A DNA stretch of 36,769 bases. Origin: Bdellovibrionales bacterium. GTDB taxonomy: Bacteria; Bdellovibrionota; Bdellovibrionia; Bdellovibrionales; Bdellovibrionaceae. The position numbers and the translations under genes were made by a program. The stretch is from contig JAYTHR010000211.1 of assembly GCA_043732425.1 (NCBI GenBank), forward strand, positions 1 to 36,769, given 5' to 3'. Under the pieces are notes generated by a model. The model was not told the DNA's origin. It did not search any database and saw nothing but the letters and a program-made list of their open reading frames with translations. Below, one piece after another: positions 1 through 8,378 of this stretch; positions within the stretch are counted from its first letter, which is position 1, and the number at the start of each line of letters is the position of its first letter.

Positions 1-51
1 ATAAAAGAAAACATAAAACAACGAAAACTAACGTCGGAGGTTAGCCATTAG
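1..51 (+). CDS. thrS: 3' end of upstream gene, probably threonyl-tRNA synthetase (partial)
   Basis: Frame 1 is open from base 1 (IKENIKQRKLTSEVSH, TAG at 49-51) and overlaps the infC ATT start; thrS-infC adjacency is widely conserved. Only 16 codons are visible. Confidence 0.55.
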   Translation: MKENIKQRKLTSEVSH

Positions 52-709
52 CACATTTGTACCACGTCCACCACGCCCACCCAATAAGTTCGATCGAGAA
101 AAAAAACGCGAAAAAGATGGCCTGCGTGTGAACCGCGAAATTCGCGCCCAGCAAGTACGCCTGATCGATGAAAACGGAACAATGGCTGGAGTCATGTCGG
201 TGCCCGACGCTTTAAGAATGGCTCAGGATAAAGGTTTAGACCTTATTGAGATTGCGCCCAATGCCGAACCGCCGACATGCAAAATCATGGATTACGGAAA
301 GTACAAGTACGAAGAAAAGAAGAAGGCGGCGGCCTCTCGGAAAAATCAAGTGATTGTGACCATTAAAGAAATTCAAATGCGTCCGCGTACGGATCAACAC
401 GATTTCGAAACTAAAATGAAACACGCTCGTCGTTTTTTACTTGAAGGCGATAAAGTAAAGATTAATTTACGCTTCATGGGCCGTGAAATGGCGCATCAAG
501 AAGCCGGCGTCGCGGTCATCAAAAAAGCGATCGAATTCGTTAAAGATTTAGCTTTAGTTGAAGCTCCTCCGAAAACGGAAGGAAAAAATTTATTCACGCT
601 TCTGGCGCCAGATCCGGCAAAGGTGAAGGAATATATCAAAGCGAATCCGTCGAAAAAAGACGAAGTTCTTGAGCCCATGAAAGACAATGAGCCTGATGCT
701 GACGAATAA
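47..709 (+). CDS. infC: Translation initiation factor IF-3 with ATT start codon
   Basis: IF-3 motifs (NREIRAQQVRL, LDLIEIAPNAEPPTCKIMDYGKYKYE, HDFETKMKHARRFL, GREMAH). GGAGG at 36-40 lies 6 nt before an in-frame ATT at 47, 27 codons upstream of the GTG at 128 used by the ORF track. Confidence 0.96.
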   Translation: MSTFVPRPPRPPNKFDREKKREKDGLRVNREIRAQQVRLIDENGTMAGVMSVPDALRMAQDKGLDLIEIAPNAEPPTCKIMDYGKYKYEEKKKAAASRKNQVIVTIKEIQMRPRTDQHDFETKMKHARRFLLEGDKVKINLRFMGREMAHQEAGVAVIKKAIEFVKDLALVEAPPKTEGKNLFTLLAPDPAKVKEYIKANPSKKDEVLEPMKDNEPDADE

Positions 710-1127
710 ATTAATATACACAGTCGGAGTTGTCCTGACTTTGACTGTGATATTTTCTTGCCAAGGAAAGTCGGTAACCCCCGGAGCCGAAAGACTTCGT
801 GTGATGGAAACGGAACCCAAGGGTTGTTTGTACATGGGAGAAGTTTCGACGATTCAAGACAATGAAGATACGATTGTGAATTCAAAGGAAGTCGAAATGA
901 ATTTAAATTCAAGAATCGATCTTCGAAACAAGGGATTTGCCATCAGTGGAAATGTTCTAGTTTTTCTATCAAAAAATAAATCAAAGGTAGCCACGACGAA
1001 TACGGTAATTGTTGATGTGACTAAAAAAGATAATAAATCAGATTCAAAACCCGTTGACGACAAAGTGGCGCAAACAGTTTTCTTAGCAACTGTTTTTCGC
1101 TGCCCACCAAATATTTTTAATCAGTAG
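696..1127 (+). CDS. Putative lipoprotein, DUF4156-like
   Basis: Hydrophobic signal ending in lipobox-like IFSC; PKGCLYMGEV, DLRNKG and terminal FRCP resemble DUF4156 lipoproteins. ATG 696 overlaps the infC stop. Confidence 0.6.
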   Translation: MLTNKLIYTVGVVLTLTVIFSCQGKSVTPGAERLRVMETEPKGCLYMGEVSTIQDNEDTIVNSKEVEMNLNSRIDLRNKGFAISGNVLVFLSKNKSKVATTNTVIVDVTKKDNKSDSKPVDDKVAQTVFLATVFRCPPNIFNQ

Positions 1128-1168
1128 TTATAATTATATAGCAGAATGGAAAAAATCTTGTTTTAAGT

Positions 1169-1204
1169 AAAAAAAAAGCTGGGATAAATCCCAGATTTTT
1201 TTTT
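1169..1204. terminator. Bidirectional intrinsic terminator
   Basis: A-run, CTGGGA-TAAA-TCCCAG hairpin, T-run, lying between convergent genes. Confidence 0.8.
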
Positions 1205-1222
1205 ACCCAAAAAAAAGGATAA

Positions 1223-1477
1223 TTACTTTGTCTCTTGCTTCTCTTCAGTTTTAGTCGTTTTAGTAGTTGTAGTCGCAGTTGCGCCTTCTACTTTTTTAGC
1301 TAATTTCTTCTTAGGGGCTTTAGTTGCTGCAGCAGCAGTTTGAGCTGTTTCAGGAGTAGCTGCTGGTTGAGCAGTTTCCATTTTTTTAGTTTCTGTAGTT
1401 GTAGTCGTTGTTGTAGTTGCAGGGTTAGCGAAAGCTGTTACTGCGAACAAAGATACGATGATTGATGCGATTTTCAT
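1223..1477 (-). CDS. Small secreted low-complexity Thr/Ala/Lys-rich protein (Asr-like composition)
   Basis: Sec signal MKIASIIVSLFAVTAFA, GGAGG SD upstream, Thr tracts and a KKK patch. Confidence 0.8.
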   Translation of the reverse strand: MKIASIIVSLFAVTAFANPATTTTTTTTETKKMETAQPAATPETAQTAAAATKAPKKKLAKKVEGATATTTTKTTKTEEKQETK

Positions 1478-1525
1478 ATGATCCTCCGTTGATAGATCTG
1501 TTTTGTTGTTTTAGGACATTGGTAG

Positions 1526-1576
1526 AGTATGCGAAGGGGTTTAAGCTCGCATTAAAGGGATATTAAATATTTTTAA
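1526..1576 (-). promoter_or_regulatory. Phased TTAA repeats plus -10 (CATACT) upstream of the small secreted protein
   Basis: TTAA at 1541, 1552, 1563, 1573 (spacing 11/11/10); minus-strand CATACT at 1531-1526, 9 nt from the nearest box. Confidence 0.5.
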
Positions 1577-1730
1577 TAGTTTGCTATACGAATTGACTTT
1601 TTCTTAAGGGTTAGAAATTAAGTAAACTAAACACGGTTTTAAGAAAAACTGATCTTTTTTCGGTGGCAAGGCCTTAAAAATCTTGCATTTAGGCCCAACA
1701 GCTCCTAAATCTATAAGACTCAAATTAAGG

Positions 1731-1784
1731 CTGTCAGCGGCAATTAACAAGTGGATCTACAACTAGATCTCGCCCTGTCGGAGG
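1731..1784 (+). promoter_or_regulatory. Structured rpmI 5' leader, candidate L20 autoregulatory element
   Basis: Inner hairpin GGATCTA-CAAC-TAGATCT (1753-1770) nested in CAG(C)GGC/GCCCTG pairing that reaches the SD GGAGG at 1780-1784. Confidence 0.4.
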
Positions 1785-1793
1785 AAGGTACAT

Positions 1794-1985
1794 ATGAAGA
1801 TGAAGACGCACTCAGGTGCGAAGAAACGTCTTCGCGTTCTTAAAAGCGGAAAAGTGAAACGCAAACAAACTAAAATGCGCCACTTGAACTCACACATGAG
1901 TTCGAAATCAAAACGTCATCTGGGACAAGTTGTCTATGTGGATGATGCTAACATGCTTCAAGTGAAGCGCCAATTTGGCTTTTAA
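1794..1985 (+). CDS. rpmI: 50S ribosomal protein L35
   Basis: MKMKTHSGAKKR, GKVKR, RHL motifs; directly before rplT. Confidence 0.97.
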   Translation: MKMKTHSGAKKRLRVLKSGKVKRKQTKMRHLNSHMSSKSKRHLGQVVYVDDANMLQVKRQFGF

Positions 1986-1995
1986 GGGGTGAACG

Positions 1996-2343
1996 ATGGC
2001 ACGTGTAAAATCGGGGATGACAAATCGTCGTCGCCACAAAAAAGTATTAAAAAGAACTAAAGGTTATTACTCAGCAGGATCACGCTCGTACACACACGCG
2101 GTTGAAAAAAATGACCGTGGTATGGCTTACGCTTACAAACACAGAAAAATGAAGAAAAGAAGTTTTCGTGCTTTGTGGACTCAACGTATTAATGCAGCGG
2201 CGCGTATCAACGGAACGACGTATTCACGTCTTATCGGTGGTTTGATCAAAGCCGGTATCACTTTGGATCGTAAGATCTTATCGGATATGGCGATTACAGA
2301 TGCGACAGCTTTCGCATCACTATGCCAGCACGCCATTAAATAA
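1996..2343 (+). CDS. rplT: 50S ribosomal protein L20
   Basis: [45 protein letters not shown]. Confidence 0.98.
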   Translation: MARVKSGMTNRRRHKKVLKRTKGYYSAGSRSYTHAVEKNDRGMAYAYKHRKMKKRSFRALWTQRINAAARINGTTYSRLIGGLIKAGITLDRKILSDMAITDATAFASLCQHAIK

Positions 2344-2380
2344 AGTTGATGTTCAATATAATGGTAGTTTAGCTTTTTAG

Positions 2381-2416
2381 AAGGCGAGTTGGAATCCAGC
2401 TCGCCTTTTTTATTTT
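2381..2416 (+). terminator. Intrinsic terminator after rplT
   Basis: AAGGCGAG...CTCGCCTT stem followed by a T-tract. Confidence 0.85.
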
Positions 2417-2439
2417 CCGATAACAGGGCTCTATGAGCA

Positions 2440-2469
2440 TTCTCAAAAAGCCTGTTTTTATGTTAGAAT
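2440..2469 (+). promoter_or_regulatory. Candidate sigma70 extended -10 promoter of the mevalonate operon
   Basis: TGtTAGAAT at 2461-2469 with a weak -35 (TTCTCA 2440-2445), downstream of the rplT terminator. Confidence 0.4.
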
Positions 2470-2527
2470 TCCGTACAGGGTTCAAGTTAGGGTCGGTCTG
2501 TTTCTTAGGTGAAAAGGAAGATTTTTG

Positions 2528-3547
2528 ATGAGCGATTTTGAACAGCGAAAGAAAGACCACATTCGTCTTGCTCTTTCCGAACAGTCCCAAAATTTAATGG
2601 TGAATCAGTTTTCTAAAATTCAACTGATTCACCAAGCTTTGCCAGAAATTAATTTAGGCGATGTTCAATTAACTACCGAGCTTTTGGGTCACTCATTTTC
2701 GTCTCCACATTTTATATCCTCCATGACGGCAGGACATGCGGACTCTCTAACGATTAATGCGAACCTTGCGCTAGCCGCCCAGGAGAAGAACTGGTTAATG
2801 GCCGTAGGTTCACAGCGGCGCGAGTTATCAGATCCGGCAGCCATTCTGGAATGGAATGAAATTCGAAAGCGGGCGCCAAAGACTCATTTTGTTTCAAATA
2901 TTGGAATCTTAGAATTGATTCAAAACCCAGTGGAAAACATTTTAAAAATTACCGAAAATTTACAAGCGATCGGTATTTTCGTTCATCTCAATCCGCTTCA
3001 AGAAGCTTTTCAAATGCATGCGCAGGCTGATTTTAGCCAAGGATTAAAAGCCATCGAAGTTCTTGTTAAAAAAAGTAAAATCCCTGTTTTGGTCAAAGAG
3101 GTTGGATCGGGAATTTCTGCGAAAGTCATAAAAAAATTGATCGATATTGGAGTCCATGCCGTCGATGTTGCCGGTGGCGGTGGAACACATTGGGGTTGGA
3201 TTGAGGCTCAGCGGCATCCTGAACATTCCGTAGAAAGAATGGCCTTGGAAGCTTTCAATGACTGGGGAATCTCAACAGTTCAGTGTCTGATGCAAGTTCA
3301 GGAATTTATATTATTTCATCCTATTTGGGCTTCAGGAGGTATTCGTCACGGCGTCGATTCGGCGAAGTGCTTAGCGTTAGGCGCGCGCGCTGTAGGTCTT
3401 GCGCAGCCCCTGATGAAAGCCGCTGTTGAAAGTGAAAGTGCCATAGTGAAGGCGATGGACGTGTTCGACTATCAATTAAAGGTTGCTATGTTTTGCAGTG
3501 GAATCAGCCGACCTGCAGATTTTTTGCATCAGAAAGTTTGGCAGTGA
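2528..3547 (+). CDS. fni: Type 2 (FMN-dependent) isopentenyl-diphosphate delta-isomerase
   Basis: RKKDHI, SSMTAG, GSQR, HLNPLQE, KEVGSG, DVAGGGGT, ASGGIR motifs; SD AAGGAAG before ATG 2528. Confidence 0.95.
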   Translation: MSDFEQRKKDHIRLALSEQSQNLMVNQFSKIQLIHQALPEINLGDVQLTTELLGHSFSSPHFISSMTAGHADSLTINANLALAAQEKNWLMAVGSQRRELSDPAAILEWNEIRKRAPKTHFVSNIGILELIQNPVENILKITENLQAIGIFVHLNPLQEAFQMHAQADFSQGLKAIEVLVKKSKIPVLVKEVGSGISAKVIKKLIDIGVHAVDVAGGGGTHWGWIEAQRHPEHSVERMALEAFNDWGISTVQCLMQVQEFILFHPIWASGGIRHGVDSAKCLALGARAVGLAQPLMKAAVESESAIVKAMDVFDYQLKVAMFCSGISRPADFLHQKVWQ

Positions 3548-4845
3548 TGGATTTAAAAAATAAAATAAGTGAAATATTCAAAGGTTTTTCAAAACTCAGC
3601 TACGATCAACGGCTAAAATCCTTGGGTGATGTCGATCTACTTTCTGAAGAAGAAATTCGGTATTTACGAACTGGTGGTTTAAAAGATATTCAGTTAGCCG
3701 AAAAATTTGTAGAAAATGTCATCGGTTATTTCCAACTTCCACTTGGCGTTGCTACGAATTTTAATATCGATGGCAAAGATGTTGTCATTCCAATGGCTGT
3801 TGAAGAGACCTCTATTATCGCGGCGGCCTCGAAAACAGCTAAGTGGATTCGTGAATGCGGTTCCATTAAGACTGAAATTTTAGGGACAGATATCATTGGC
3901 CAAATCCAGTTTGCAAAAGTCTATGATTTCTTAAATTTCGAAACTCAAATTATGAGTCATAAAACTGAACTCATTGCGATGGCGAATCAAGAAGTGGCCT
4001 TCGGTCTTGTACAGCGTGGAGGCGGCGTTCGAGATATAAAAGTCAGAAAACTGCAGCGAGATGACGGGCTTGTGATGGGTGTCATTCATATTTATATGGA
4101 TCCGTGTGACGCCATGGGCGCCAATATTATAAACCAGGTTTGTGAATTTTTAAAAGAACCCTTAGAGAACTACACGCAAGAAAAAGTAACGATGTGCATC
4201 CTGTCTAATCTTGTAGACACGAAGCTCACACGGGCGACGATTGAGATTTTAAATATTGATTCTGTTCTAGGTTTAAAAATTGAAGAAGCGTCCCGCTTTG
4301 CTGAACTTGATCCCTATCGTGCAGCGACAAATAATAAGGGCGTCTTAAATGGAATTGATCCGATACTCATTGCGACGGGTAACGATTGGCGGGCCGTGGA
4401 AGCGGGTGTCCACGCGTATGCCACTCATTCAGGCCAGTATCGTTCGATTACGAAGTGGCGCTATAATCAGGGGACCTTGACTGGGGTTTTAGAAGCACCG
4501 TTGGTCGTTGGAACCGTGGGTGGGGTCACTTCCCTGCATCCGTCAGCTAAAATCTCGATGAAAATTTTAGGCGTGAAATCGGCCGCAGATCTTTCGCGCG
4601 TGTTAGCAGCCGCAGGGTTAGTGCAGAACCTAGGGGCCTTACGGGCATTAACGACCGTGGGAATTATTGAAGGGCATATGAAACTTCATATTAAAAATCT
4701 TTCACTTGGAGCCGGAGCCAATGAAAATGAAATGCCGGCTGTAGTTAAAAAATTAGAAGAAATTTTGGCTCTAAGAAAAAGAATTTCACTTTCGAATGCG
4801 ATTGAAGTTTTACGTGATTTAAGAAAAGAACAGTTCAACAAATGA
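3547..4845 (+). CDS. mvaA: Class II HMG-CoA reductase
   Basis: ENVIG, MAVEETS, DAMGAN, RAATNNKG..NGID, TGNDWRAVEAG, GHMKLH; TGATG overlap with fni gives the likely start (GTG 3544 also possible). Confidence 0.95.
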   Translation: MDLKNKISEIFKGFSKLSYDQRLKSLGDVDLLSEEEIRYLRTGGLKDIQLAEKFVENVIGYFQLPLGVATNFNIDGKDVVIPMAVEETSIIAAASKTAKWIRECGSIKTEILGTDIIGQIQFAKVYDFLNFETQIMSHKTELIAMANQEVAFGLVQRGGGVRDIKVRKLQRDDGLVMGVIHIYMDPCDAMGANIINQVCEFLKEPLENYTQEKVTMCILSNLVDTKLTRATIEILNIDSVLGLKIEEASRFAELDPYRAATNNKGVLNGIDPILIATGNDWRAVEAGVHAYATHSGQYRSITKWRYNQGTLTGVLEAPLVVGTVGGVTSLHPSAKISMKILGVKSAADLSRVLAAAGLVQNLGALRALTTVGIIEGHMKLHIKNLSLGAGANENEMPAVVKKLEEILALRKRISLSNAIEVLRDLRKEQFNK

Positions 4846-5780
4846 AATTTTTAGTTCCAGGAAAAACTTTTTTACTGGGAGAATACTCGGCTCTTGTTGG
4901 TGGTTCGGTTATCGGTCTTGCGACGGGTCCAGGGTTTCTAGCTGAATATGCAGTAACTGAAAATAGTTCGTCGGGAGATATATCTTTTTCACCAGATAGC
5001 CCTGCGGGGCATCTCTCGCGATCTTTTACTCAAAAAAATCCTCGCGGCGACATCGCCTCTGAATTTAAGAAGTTTAGGTTTCAGTTAACTGATGGTTTTG
5101 GGGCGTGTGGAGGCTTCGGCAAATCGACCGCAGAATTTATGTCCGTCCTTATCCCTTGGTTACTAAAGAATGAAATTTCATTTGAAAAAATTCGTGAACT
5201 TTACCAAATTCTGAGCCGAGAGAGTGGTGCAGAAGCCAGCGGTTTGGATTTAGCAATTCAGTATTTTGGAAACGTTACACTTTTTGATAGTCGTGAAAAT
5301 AAATATTCTGAACTTGGCTGGAAAATGAAGGGGTATGATTTTATTTTAGTTTCAACTGGGAATAAAATAAAGACCCATGAGCATTTGCAAACATTGGATT
5401 TAAAAAAGATAAGCCAATTTCCCAAAGTTTCAGATCCCGTTGTAGAGCTTTATGAAAAAAATCAGGCCGATGATTTTATTCGGGGGCTGAAGGAATGGTC
5501 TACTTTTTTAAAAGCCTCGGGTTTTATGTCCGCGCCAGCTTTCGAATTAAAGCAAATGATCGAAGCGGATTCCGACGTTCTTTGTGCGAAACCCTGCGGG
5601 GCGATGGGGACAGATGTTATTGCTGTTCTTTGCGAAAGTTCTAGAACTGCAGCGGTTCAGGAAAAGCTAGTTCATTTAAAATTACAAATTAAAAGTACAA
5701 GTAGTAATTTAGTTCCGGGGATCAAATCCCAATGCCTTGGCTTTGTTCCAAATATGCGGAGTCAACATCATGTGGGTTGA
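4842..5780 (+). CDS. Divergent GHMP kinase, probable phosphomevalonate kinase
   Basis: PGKTFLLGEY, GFGKSTA, ASGLD, KPCGAMGTD (PMK-type GEY and K..GAxGxD); ATGA overlap with mvaA. Confidence 0.75.
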   Translation: MKFLVPGKTFLLGEYSALVGGSVIGLATGPGFLAEYAVTENSSSGDISFSPDSPAGHLSRSFTQKNPRGDIASEFKKFRFQLTDGFGACGGFGKSTAEFMSVLIPWLLKNEISFEKIRELYQILSRESGAEASGLDLAIQYFGNVTLFDSRENKYSELGWKMKGYDFILVSTGNKIKTHEHLQTLDLKKISQFPKVSDPVVELYEKNQADDFIRGLKEWSTFLKASGFMSAPAFELKQMIEADSDVLCAKPCGAMGTDVIAVLCESSRTAAVQEKLVHLKLQIKSTSSNLVPGIKSQCLGFVPNMRSQHHVG

Positions 5781-6753
5781 AGCTTCAGCCCCTTCAAATA
5801 TTGCGCTGATTAAATATATGGGTAAGACGGATCCTGTTTTGAACTTGCCGTGTAATGCTTCAATCTCCTATACACTTGAACATTTAAGAACCTATGTGCG
5901 ACTAAAAGCTAACCCTCAATTAAAAGAGGACCAATGGGCCCTGCTAGAACGCGCCGACTTAAGACCGATGACTCTTTCAGAACATGGAAAAAATAAATTT
6001 ATTAGGCATCTGCATTTCTTGAAGGAAAAATTAAACATTAAAAATTATTTTGAAGTCGAATCCGCAAATAATTTTCCCTCGGACTGTGGCTTGGCAAGTT
6101 CAGCTTCCAGCTTTGCGGCTTTAACTTTGGCAGTTGCGCACTGGGCGAAGGAAGTCGATCGAAATTCAAATCAAGAAGTCCTATCAGTTGAAACATTAGC
6201 CTTTTTGTCTAAAAAAGGATCTGGTTCCTCTTGCCGGTCATTTTTTTCTCCATGGGCTGTTTGGTCTCTTGCCGAAGTCAAAGCCATCGAATTACCTTTC
6301 AAAAATCTTCGACACCAAGTGATTTTGTGTGATGAGAAATCTAAACTTGTTTCCTCGAGTCAGGCTCATCAAAAGGTTTTATCCTCTGAGTTATTTCTTG
6401 GTCGCCCCGAGCGCGCAGAGGCCCGTTTTATAAATTTAGTCTCTGCTTTGAAAGCGAAAAAATGGTCCGAAAGCTTTGATATTTGTTGGAACGAAATGTG
6501 GGATATGCACGTTCTGTTTCACACCTCGAAGCCGCCTTTTATGTATATGAATGGCGATTCCCAAAAAGTACTGGCTCAGCTTTTAGAATTCTGGCAAAAA
6601 AACGGTGATGGTCCTTTAGTCACCATGGACGCTGGAAGTAATATTCATCTTTTGTACCGTACGGATCAAAAAGAAATATATGATCGTTTGAAAGCCCACT
6701 TTTTAAATCACTACGCCGTTTGGTCCGATGAAGGTTACGATGACAAAATCTAA
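5770..6753 (+). CDS. mvaD: Diphosphomevalonate decarboxylase
   Basis: APSNIALIKYMGK, NNFPSDCGLASSASSFAAL, GSGSSCRS, TMDAGSNIH; GGAG SD before ATG 5770. Confidence 0.95.
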   Translation: MWVEASAPSNIALIKYMGKTDPVLNLPCNASISYTLEHLRTYVRLKANPQLKEDQWALLERADLRPMTLSEHGKNKFIRHLHFLKEKLNIKNYFEVESANNFPSDCGLASSASSFAALTLAVAHWAKEVDRNSNQEVLSVETLAFLSKKGSGSSCRSFFSPWAVWSLAEVKAIELPFKNLRHQVILCDEKSKLVSSSQAHQKVLSSELFLGRPERAEARFINLVSALKAKKWSESFDICWNEMWDMHVLFHTSKPPFMYMNGDSQKVLAQLLEFWQKNGDGPLVTMDAGSNIHLLYRTDQKEIYDRLKAHFLNHYAVWSDEGYDDKI

Positions 6754-7642
6754 TCTTCCACACGTCCAATTTTATAAAAAAATTCCGGGAAAGTGGATTT
6801 TAGCCGGCGAACACGCAGTTCTTCGCGGTGGAGACGCTTTGGTATTTCCACTGAGCAGTCAGTTTCTCGAAATATTTTATTACAAAACCGAAACGGCTTT
6901 TAACATTGAACTGGGTGGAATTAATTCGGGCGAAATAAATCAGATCGTGCATTCGGTCTTTGATCAGGCCTTTTTGAGACTAAAAATTGATCGCTTAAGT
7001 ATTCCAGGAACGGTACGCTTAAAATCGAATATTTTATTCGGTGCCGGCATGGGAGCCTCCGCCACTTTATGTGTAGCGGTAACTGAGTTCTTTCATCATT
7101 TTGGCTACCTCGCTGTTGGCGAAATGTATGAATTCGCTCGTGAACTTGAAAATATTTTTCATGGTGAAAGTAGTGGGGTCGACATTGCGGTGGTGTTAAC
7201 TCGTAAACCCTTACTTTTTTCTCGAGAAAAAGGACCTAAAGAAATTCCGCATTCGCAACTTCCAGCCTTGTACTTATCCCATACTGGTGAAAAAGGAATT
7301 ACCAAAGAGTGCGTTCAGCAGGTGAAAGAACTTTGGATTCATGACGCTAGATTAGCTAAAATCATCGATGAGAAAATGAAACACGCGGTCAGTGATTTTT
7401 TAACGTTACTTCAGCAGCCTCAGTCTGAAAAGTGGATCGACGCCATGAATCGGGCCCACAGTTGTTTTTATGATTGGGGATTAGTCACTCCGGCAGTCAT
7501 TGCTCATGAGAAAAAACTTCGAGACGGCGGAGCCCTTGCCGTGAAGTTAACGGGTTCCGGAGCGGGTGGTTTTATGTTAAGTCTTTGGAAGCACAAACCG
7601 GTAGATTTTCCATTTCCTCTTATTTCGTGCGCCGAAGAATAA
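6740..7642 (+). CDS. mvk: Mevalonate kinase
   Basis: PGKWILAGEHAV, GAGMGASA, ENIFHGESSGVD, KLTGSGAGG. Confidence 0.9.
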   Translation: MTKSNLPHVQFYKKIPGKWILAGEHAVLRGGDALVFPLSSQFLEIFYYKTETAFNIELGGINSGEINQIVHSVFDQAFLRLKIDRLSIPGTVRLKSNILFGAGMGASATLCVAVTEFFHHFGYLAVGEMYEFARELENIFHGESSGVDIAVVLTRKPLLFSREKGPKEIPHSQLPALYLSHTGEKGITKECVQQVKELWIHDARLAKIIDEKMKHAVSDFLTLLQQPQSEKWIDAMNRAHSCFYDWGLVTPAVIAHEKKLRDGGALAVKLTGSGAGGFMLSLWKHKPVDFPFPLISCAEE

Positions 7643-7656
7643 GCCGAGAAAAAAAT

Positions 7657-8352
7657 ATGAAAAAACTTGTTATAATTCCAACATACAATGAGATCGAAAA
7701 CATTCAATTACTGCTTCCGGCATTAATGAATTTACCGACGTCTTTTGATGTGCTTGTTGTTGATGATTCGTCACCCGATGGAACAGCAGACTGGGTCCAG
7801 ACTTTTTTACTGACCCATCCGCGAGTTTATCTCTTGAAAAGAAAAGAAAAAAACGGCCTGGGGAAAGCCTACATCGCAGGCTTCAAGTGGGGGCTTCAGA
7901 ATCTGTATCAAGCACTTGTTGAAATGGATGCGGATTTTTCACATTCGCCTTCAGATCTTTTGAAGCTACTTTCTCAGATTGAACATTCTCATGTTGTTGT
8001 AGGGTCTCGGTATGTTCCCGGTGGCGCCACGGTTAACTGGGGCTTTATTCGAAAATTGATTTCGCGCGGTGGTGGTATTTATTCGCGCGCTATTCTAGGT
8101 TATCCGCTGCAGGATTGGACGGGCGGATTTAACGCCTGGCAAAGTCATGTTTTGGAAGCTATCGGGTTAGATTCTATTCAATCAAACGGATACAGTTTTC
8201 AAATTGAGCTCAAATACAAAGCGAAGAAAAAAGGTTTTCAGGTCACTGAAGTGCCGATTACTTTTGAAGATCGTCGCGTGGGACACAGCAAAATGTCATT
8301 GAAGATTGTTCTTGAAGCGTTTTACCGCGTTTGGCTTATTCGCCGCTATTAG
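7657..8352 (+). CDS. Polyprenol/dolichol-phosphate mannose synthase-like GT2 (Ppm1/Dpm1 family)
   Basis: VIIPTYNE.EN, VVDDSSPDGT, EMDADFSH.P, GSRYVPGG, GYSFQIE, F.DRRVG.SKMS; soluble catalytic domain only. Confidence 0.88.
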   Translation: MKKLVIIPTYNEIENIQLLLPALMNLPTSFDVLVVDDSSPDGTADWVQTFLLTHPRVYLLKRKEKNGLGKAYIAGFKWGLQNLYQALVEMDADFSHSPSDLLKLLSQIEHSHVVVGSRYVPGGATVNWGFIRKLISRGGGIYSRAILGYPLQDWTGGFNAWQSHVLEAIGLDSIQSNGYSFQIELKYKAKKKGFQVTEVPITFEDRRVGHSKMSLKIVLEAFYRVWLIRRY

Positions 8353-8378
8353 TTGAATTAAGTCCTGATCACGCTTTA

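Noticed and set aside
695-710. Near-identical overlap sequence at infC/lipoprotein (GATGCTGACGAATAAA) and ihfA/merR (GATGATGACGAATGAA)
   Set aside because: Asp/Glu-rich C-termini naturally create out-of-frame ATGs; two cases are not enough to claim a coupling signal.
236-1063. Minus-strand ORFs 236-424, 496-912, 590-835, 854-1063
   Set aside because: Shadows of infC and the lipoprotein gene; no motifs or RBS.
1255-1420. GTAGTT/GTTGTA repeats as a tandem repeat element or CRISPR
   Set aside because: Explained by poly-Thr codons of the small secreted protein; no repeat-spacer structure or cas genes.
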